Assembly (NCBI GenBank): GCA_963752995.1
Contig: CAVWAZ010000017.1
Location: 148,684 to 212,683, forward strand
DNA: 64,000 bases
DNA from: an uncultured delta proteobacterium
Lineage (GTDB): Bacteria > Desulfobacterota_D > UBA1144 > Nemesobacterales > UBA2774
Direction of reading: 5' to 3'
The position numbers were made by a program, and so were the translations under genes. Below the pieces are notes generated by a model. That model saw only the letters and a program-made list of their open reading frames with translations. It ran no database searches and was not told the origin of the DNA. Shown here piece by piece: positions 60,463 through 64,000 of the stretch (position 1 is its first letter; every line of letters begins with the position of its first letter).

Positions 60463-61856
60463 TTGTATATTATCTTTCCCCGGACGTCTTCCTTGTTGAG
60501 CTTGTTGTTCAGGTGGAGCCCCTCGAGAGTGAATTCGACGGCGGCCGCTATCTCGGCCGGGGACTCGGAGATGCCGAGCGTGTCTATGCAGCCCTGAAGG
60601 CCCTTTATCTCCCTCACGCCCATAATGTAGTCCTCGGACGGCATCACGTCCGCGACCTCGACGTATCCGTGCTCGAAGCTCTTTATCACGTCCGCGAGCG
60701 CGTCCAAAGACGGGAAATACGAATCGAACACCGTCTTGATCGAGCGCTTTATGAGCTTTTCCACGACCGCCCCTTCGGTCGCGTCTTCACCCAGGTATTC
60801 GAGCTCTATCTTGCCGCAGGTCGAGGGCACTATCGACGGGAAGTCGGTTATCCTCGGCGCGACCTCGCGCTCGCCGAGCATTATGCCCCTCTTTTCCGCG
60901 GCCGCTATTATGCTCTCGTAGTTGGCTATCGTGGTCCTCACGCTCACGCCCGAGCGCTGGTTGATATCCCCCGAGCTCCTCGCCTGAAACGACAGCTCGG
61001 CTATGATCTCCTTTATAAACCTGGGCACCCTGAGGCTCGACCCCTCTATCTCGGGGACGTACGCCTCCTGCTCCATTATGATTATCTCGACCTCGCGGGT
61101 CTTCGGGTAATGCGTGCTTATCTGGGACTGGAACCTGTCCTTGAGAGGGGTGATTATCCTTCCCCTGTTCGTATAGTCCTCCGGGTTGGCCGTGGCCACT
61201 ATGCATATATCGAGGGGGAGCCTGATCTTGTACCCCTTTATCTGTATGTCCTTCTCCTCCATCACGTTGAAGAGGCCGACCTGGACCTTCTCTACGAGGT
61301 CAGGGAGCTCGTTTATCGCGAATATCCCCCTGTTGGTCCTGGGGATGAGCCCGAAGTGAATCGTGAGCTCGTCCGAGAGGTACCTGCCTTCCGCGACCTT
61401 AATCGGGTCTACCTCCCCGATGAGGTCCGCGACCGATACGTCGGGCGTGGCGAGCTTCTCGCTGTACCTTTGCTCCCTTCCTATCCATTCTATCTCGGTA
61501 TCGTCCCCGTATTTTTCGACCAGCTCCCGGCAGTATTTCGTCACGGGCGAGTAAGGGTTGTCGTTGAGCTCGCCCCCCTTTATCACCGGGACCTCCTCAT
61601 CCAGGAGGTTCACGAGAGACCTGATCAGGCGGGACTTCGCCTGACCCCTCTCGCCCAGGAATATGACGTCGTGGCCGGCGAGTATGGCCGTCTCGACTTG
61701 AGGAATGACGGTGTCTTCGTAGCCGATAATATCCGGAAACGGGGTCTCGCCCCTCCTGAGCCTGCCTATGAGGTTCTTCCTCATCTCGTCCCTGACCGAG
61801 AGCACCCTGTATTCGTTCGCCTTCAACTGCCCGATCGTTGCGGGTTTATCGAACAT
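60459..61856 (-). CDS. ChlI/BchI-like (Mg-chelatase-type) AAA+ ATPase
   Basis: ATG 61856 follows a GGAGG RBS (the ORF track extends to 61946). ...IIGYEDTVIPQVETAILAGHDVIFLGERGQAKSRLIR (Walker A), RGIFAINELPD (Walker B-like), ...DICIVATANPEDYTNRGRIITPLKDRF. Confidence 0.8.
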   Translation of the reverse strand: MFDKPATIGQLKANEYRVLSVRDEMRKNLIGRLRRGETPFPDIIGYEDTVIPQVETAILAGHDVIFLGERGQAKSRLIRSLVNLLDEEVPVIKGGELNDNPYSPVTKYCRELVEKYGDDTEIEWIGREQRYSEKLATPDVSVADLIGEVDPIKVAEGRYLSDELTIHFGLIPRTNRGIFAINELPDLVEKVQVGLFNVMEEKDIQIKGYKIRLPLDICIVATANPEDYTNRGRIITPLKDRFQSQISTHYPKTREVEIIIMEQEAYVPEIEGSSLRVPRFIKEIIAELSFQARSSGDINQRSGVSVRTTIANYESIIAAAEKRGIMLGEREVAPRITDFPSIVPSTCGKIELEYLGEDATEGAVVEKLIKRSIKTVFDSYFPSLDALADVIKSFEHGYVEVADVMPSEDYIMGVREIKGLQGCIDTLGISESPAEIAAAVEFTLEGLHLNNKLNKEDVRGKIIYK

Positions 61857-62290
61857 TATATTTTTCCTCCGGTAGTGACTGTGGCGGTTACCGGCCCCTC
61901 GCGGGACGCGGGCATTGAGATGACCCAACCCTGAGCGGCCGTTCACAGAAGCCGCCCGCTATGCGGCGCTGAAACGAAACGCGGCCACACCTGTAAAGTT
62001 TACACGGGAAATTATAATTGCAATCGGCGGCGATTTGAAGCCCGCGCGTTATCGCGGCCCGATTTTCAGGCTTTCATCGGGCACCGTACCGGTATATAAT
62101 GAGTGACGGTAGGGGATGAAAACATGGCGGCTGAGTCATTACCCCCTGTTTTACATCTAATACCAATGGAGGGAACGGCCTGAGCCGGATTCACAGGGCT
62201 TCGCTGCGGGGTTCTATAAACCGCACGGGACTGCGCTCCGCAATTCACTCCGATATCTGAGCCGACCCTGCCTCCGGAGATAAACACGAA

Positions 62291-62530
62291 ATGTTCATGT
62301 GTAAGGACTTAGTAGAGAATATGATGGATTACATAGATAACGAGCTCGATATGAGAACCCTCGAGGAGCTCGAAAAGCATTCGTCCGAGTGTCCCGAGTG
62401 CAGGGCGTTCGTCGATACTTACAAGAGGATGCTCGAGCTCACGGGGAAGCTCAAGGACAGGTCGTTCGTGACCCCCGAAATAAGGGAAAGGCTCAAGGCC
62501 CTCCTCAAGTCGAAGATAAAGCCCTGCTGA
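62291..62530 (+). CDS. Small zinc-binding (ZAS-type, HxxxCxxC) anti-sigma factor-like protein
   Basis: 79 aa, C..L...MMDYIDNELD......LEKHSSECPECRAF. No sigma factor gene is adjacent. Confidence 0.65.
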   Translation: MFMCKDLVENMMDYIDNELDMRTLEELEKHSSECPECRAFVDTYKRMLELTGKLKDRSFVTPEIRERLKALLKSKIKPC

Positions 62531-62725
62531 TACCGTTCCGCTAAACCCCCTGCAATAAAACATTTCCTGCCTTCAGGCAGGCTTCCGCTGCACGGTTCGA
62601 AATATATATAAAGTTCAAATTCGCCGGCTGATCCGAGACCTTATCACCGGTTAACCGGACAATTAGCACTTCACATTGTCATACTTCCGGATATATACTA
62701 TATTTAAACTGCTTGATGGGTTAAC

Positions 62726-63253
62726 ATGAAAGGGGATATAGATAAAGAATTCGCACAGGAGAACCTGAAGAGGATCTCTGCAAACTTTGAACTGGAGCTC
62801 CTGCGTCTAATCAGGACGCTCAACCTCATTTCACAGTCAAAAGAGCTTTATAAAGGTCAGATTACATTCATTCAGTCCCTCACCGACAAGTACAAGCTCA
62901 GGTTAAGCGATTTCACGATCAGGCTCCTCGATCTCGAGAGGAATTCGCGCGAGCCCTCCCATGCTCATGATCCCGAAAACCTCTTCGGCGTTCCTAAAGA
63001 GCCCACGCTCACTCCCGCGGCCGTAGCCGGGATAGCACACGAAATCAGGGATTACCTGAACGAGATAAGCTCGGATATCGAGAGGAATCAAAACGAATAT
63101 CTGAACAAGCTCGATTCAGTCTATTCCGTCTACAACCTCCAGCTGGGCGCGTCCCAGACCGACCTCGACATAAAGCTGAGGGAGCTTCAGAAAGAGATAT
63201 CACGCGTCGCGGAATCGAACGGCTCGCGGACTCAACGAAAAAGAGAAGACTGA
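62726..63253 (+). CDS. Hypothetical coiled-coil protein
   Basis: 175 aa, heptad-rich and charged. No recognisable domain. Confidence 0.45.
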   Translation: MKGDIDKEFAQENLKRISANFELELLRLIRTLNLISQSKELYKGQITFIQSLTDKYKLRLSDFTIRLLDLERNSREPSHAHDPENLFGVPKEPTLTPAAVAGIAHEIRDYLNEISSDIERNQNEYLNKLDSVYSVYNLQLGASQTDLDIKLRELQKEISRVAESNGSRTQRKRED

Positions 63254-63275
63254 AGAAGTAACCGGGATCGATTAC

Positions 63276-63788
63276 GTGAAGCCTACTCTCCAGCAGCCCG
63301 AGACGGTAAAGCCCAGGGTAAGGAATATAGATTACATAGGACCCGACGAGCCTCCAAAGCAGGTCCCCCAAAAGCCTGCGGCCCAGGCGGCTGCGAGCGC
63401 TAAACCGAAGGCAGAGATAAAATCGACTCCCAAGACAGCGTCCGCCGACCCGGACAATGACGCGAAGATAAAAAATTCCTACTTCATCGGCGCCGGGCTC
63501 CTCATACTCGGCATCATCGTAGGCGTGCTCTTCTACGACATGCTGATGAGGATGTGGGGAGTGGAAGAGGTTTCAGTCGTGGACGCCGAGACCTACTCCG
63601 TAACGGACGCCGGGAAAGAACCCGCTGCGGTAAGCCCGCCCGCGATAGGGAAAGATAAGGTGAAAGCCCCTGATCAGCCTGCGCTCAATAGCAAACCGCT
63701 TCCCCCCGCAAAGCCAGAGGCCGCGGTCAAGGGCGATAACGCGGAAGCGCCCGTTCAAACGAAAGCAGAGACCCCCGGCGCTCTTTAA
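63276..63788 (+). CDS. Single-pass membrane protein with Pro/Ala/Lys-rich regions (probably the N-terminal part of an SH3b-domain protein)
   Basis: 170 aa (GTG start), TM helix YFIGAGLLILGIIVGVLFY. The stop at 63786-63788 lies just after the C5 run at 63772-63776. The next frame is open across it and into the SH3b segment. Confidence 0.55.
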   Translation: MKPTLQQPETVKPRVRNIDYIGPDEPPKQVPQKPAAQAAASAKPKAEIKSTPKTASADPDNDAKIKNSYFIGAGLLILGIIVGVLFYDMLMRMWGVEEVSVVDAETYSVTDAGKEPAAVSPPAIGKDKVKAPDQPALNSKPLPPAKPEAAVKGDNAEAPVQTKAETPGAL

Positions 63789-63789
63789 C

Positions 63790-64000
63790 ACCAAAGTCCC
63801 CGTAGAAGCCCCCGCGGTAGCGCCCGCAGGAGGCTCCGCAAGCTACACCGTGGTAGGCGTTGGAGCCAACGTCAGGAGCGGTCCCGGAATGGGGAACGAC
63901 GTCGTTACTTACGTGAAAGAGGGCGATGTATTTATGGGGCTCGGCGAAAAGCAGGGCAGGTGGGTAAAGATTCAGGCCCCGGACGGCAAAGAGGGCTGGA
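63790..64000 (+). CDS. Bacterial SH3 (SH3b) domain segment, partial (runs off the window)
   Basis: Own translation: ...APAVAPAGGSASYTVVGVGANVRSGPGMGNDVVTYVKEGDVFMGLGEKQGRWVKIQAPDGKEGW. Typical SH3_3 pattern (NVRSGP....V...V..G........G.W.KI....G..GW). Confidence 0.6.

Overview
This is a bacterial chromosomal segment, probably from an uncultivated lineage. Sampled 60-nt lines give about 60-65% G+C in core genes and about 35-50% in several accessory patches.

Housekeeping genes I can support:
- two tandem dtd paralogues
- smpB plus tmRNA
- rph, rdgB, pyrG
- an RNase II-family exoribonuclease
- ptsP, an M50 protease, gltA
- rplU-rpmA and mnmA-mtaB

Accessory content:
1. An AT-richer block starts directly after tmRNA. 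It carries an ArsR/SRPBCC pair and a 7-kb operon related to energy-converting hydrogenases (Ehr-type, NuoB/L/H/K/N/CD-like). The cofactor-binding cysteines are absent and the operon is riddled with frameshifts.
2. Five secreted proteins end in the IPTL-CTERM sorting signal (IPTLSEWG, a TM helix, then basic residues). Three of them cluster at 40-43 kb. No candidate sorting enzyme is recognisable in the window.
3. A mosaic intergenic repeat family is built around a ~122-nt long hairpin. There are 4 full copies and 1 half copy between 44.3 and 58.9 kb, all in the same orientation, and I cannot assign it to a known family. This is my best candidate for something new.
4. Other modules: a B12-radical-SAM / O-methyltransferase / SQR-like oxidoreductase block, a Cys-rich secreted protein in a repeat-bracketed AT-rich patch, a ChlI-like AAA+/VWA pair next to an orphan ZAS anti-sigma factor, and a diadenylate-cyclase-domain protein next to a metallophosphoesterase.

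At least ~25 reading-frame disruptions are visible across the window. Many sit in homopolymer runs, so real gene decay and assembly indel errors cannot be separated from sequence alone.

I saw no CRISPR array, integrase, transposase, rRNA or tRNA (apart from tmRNA).
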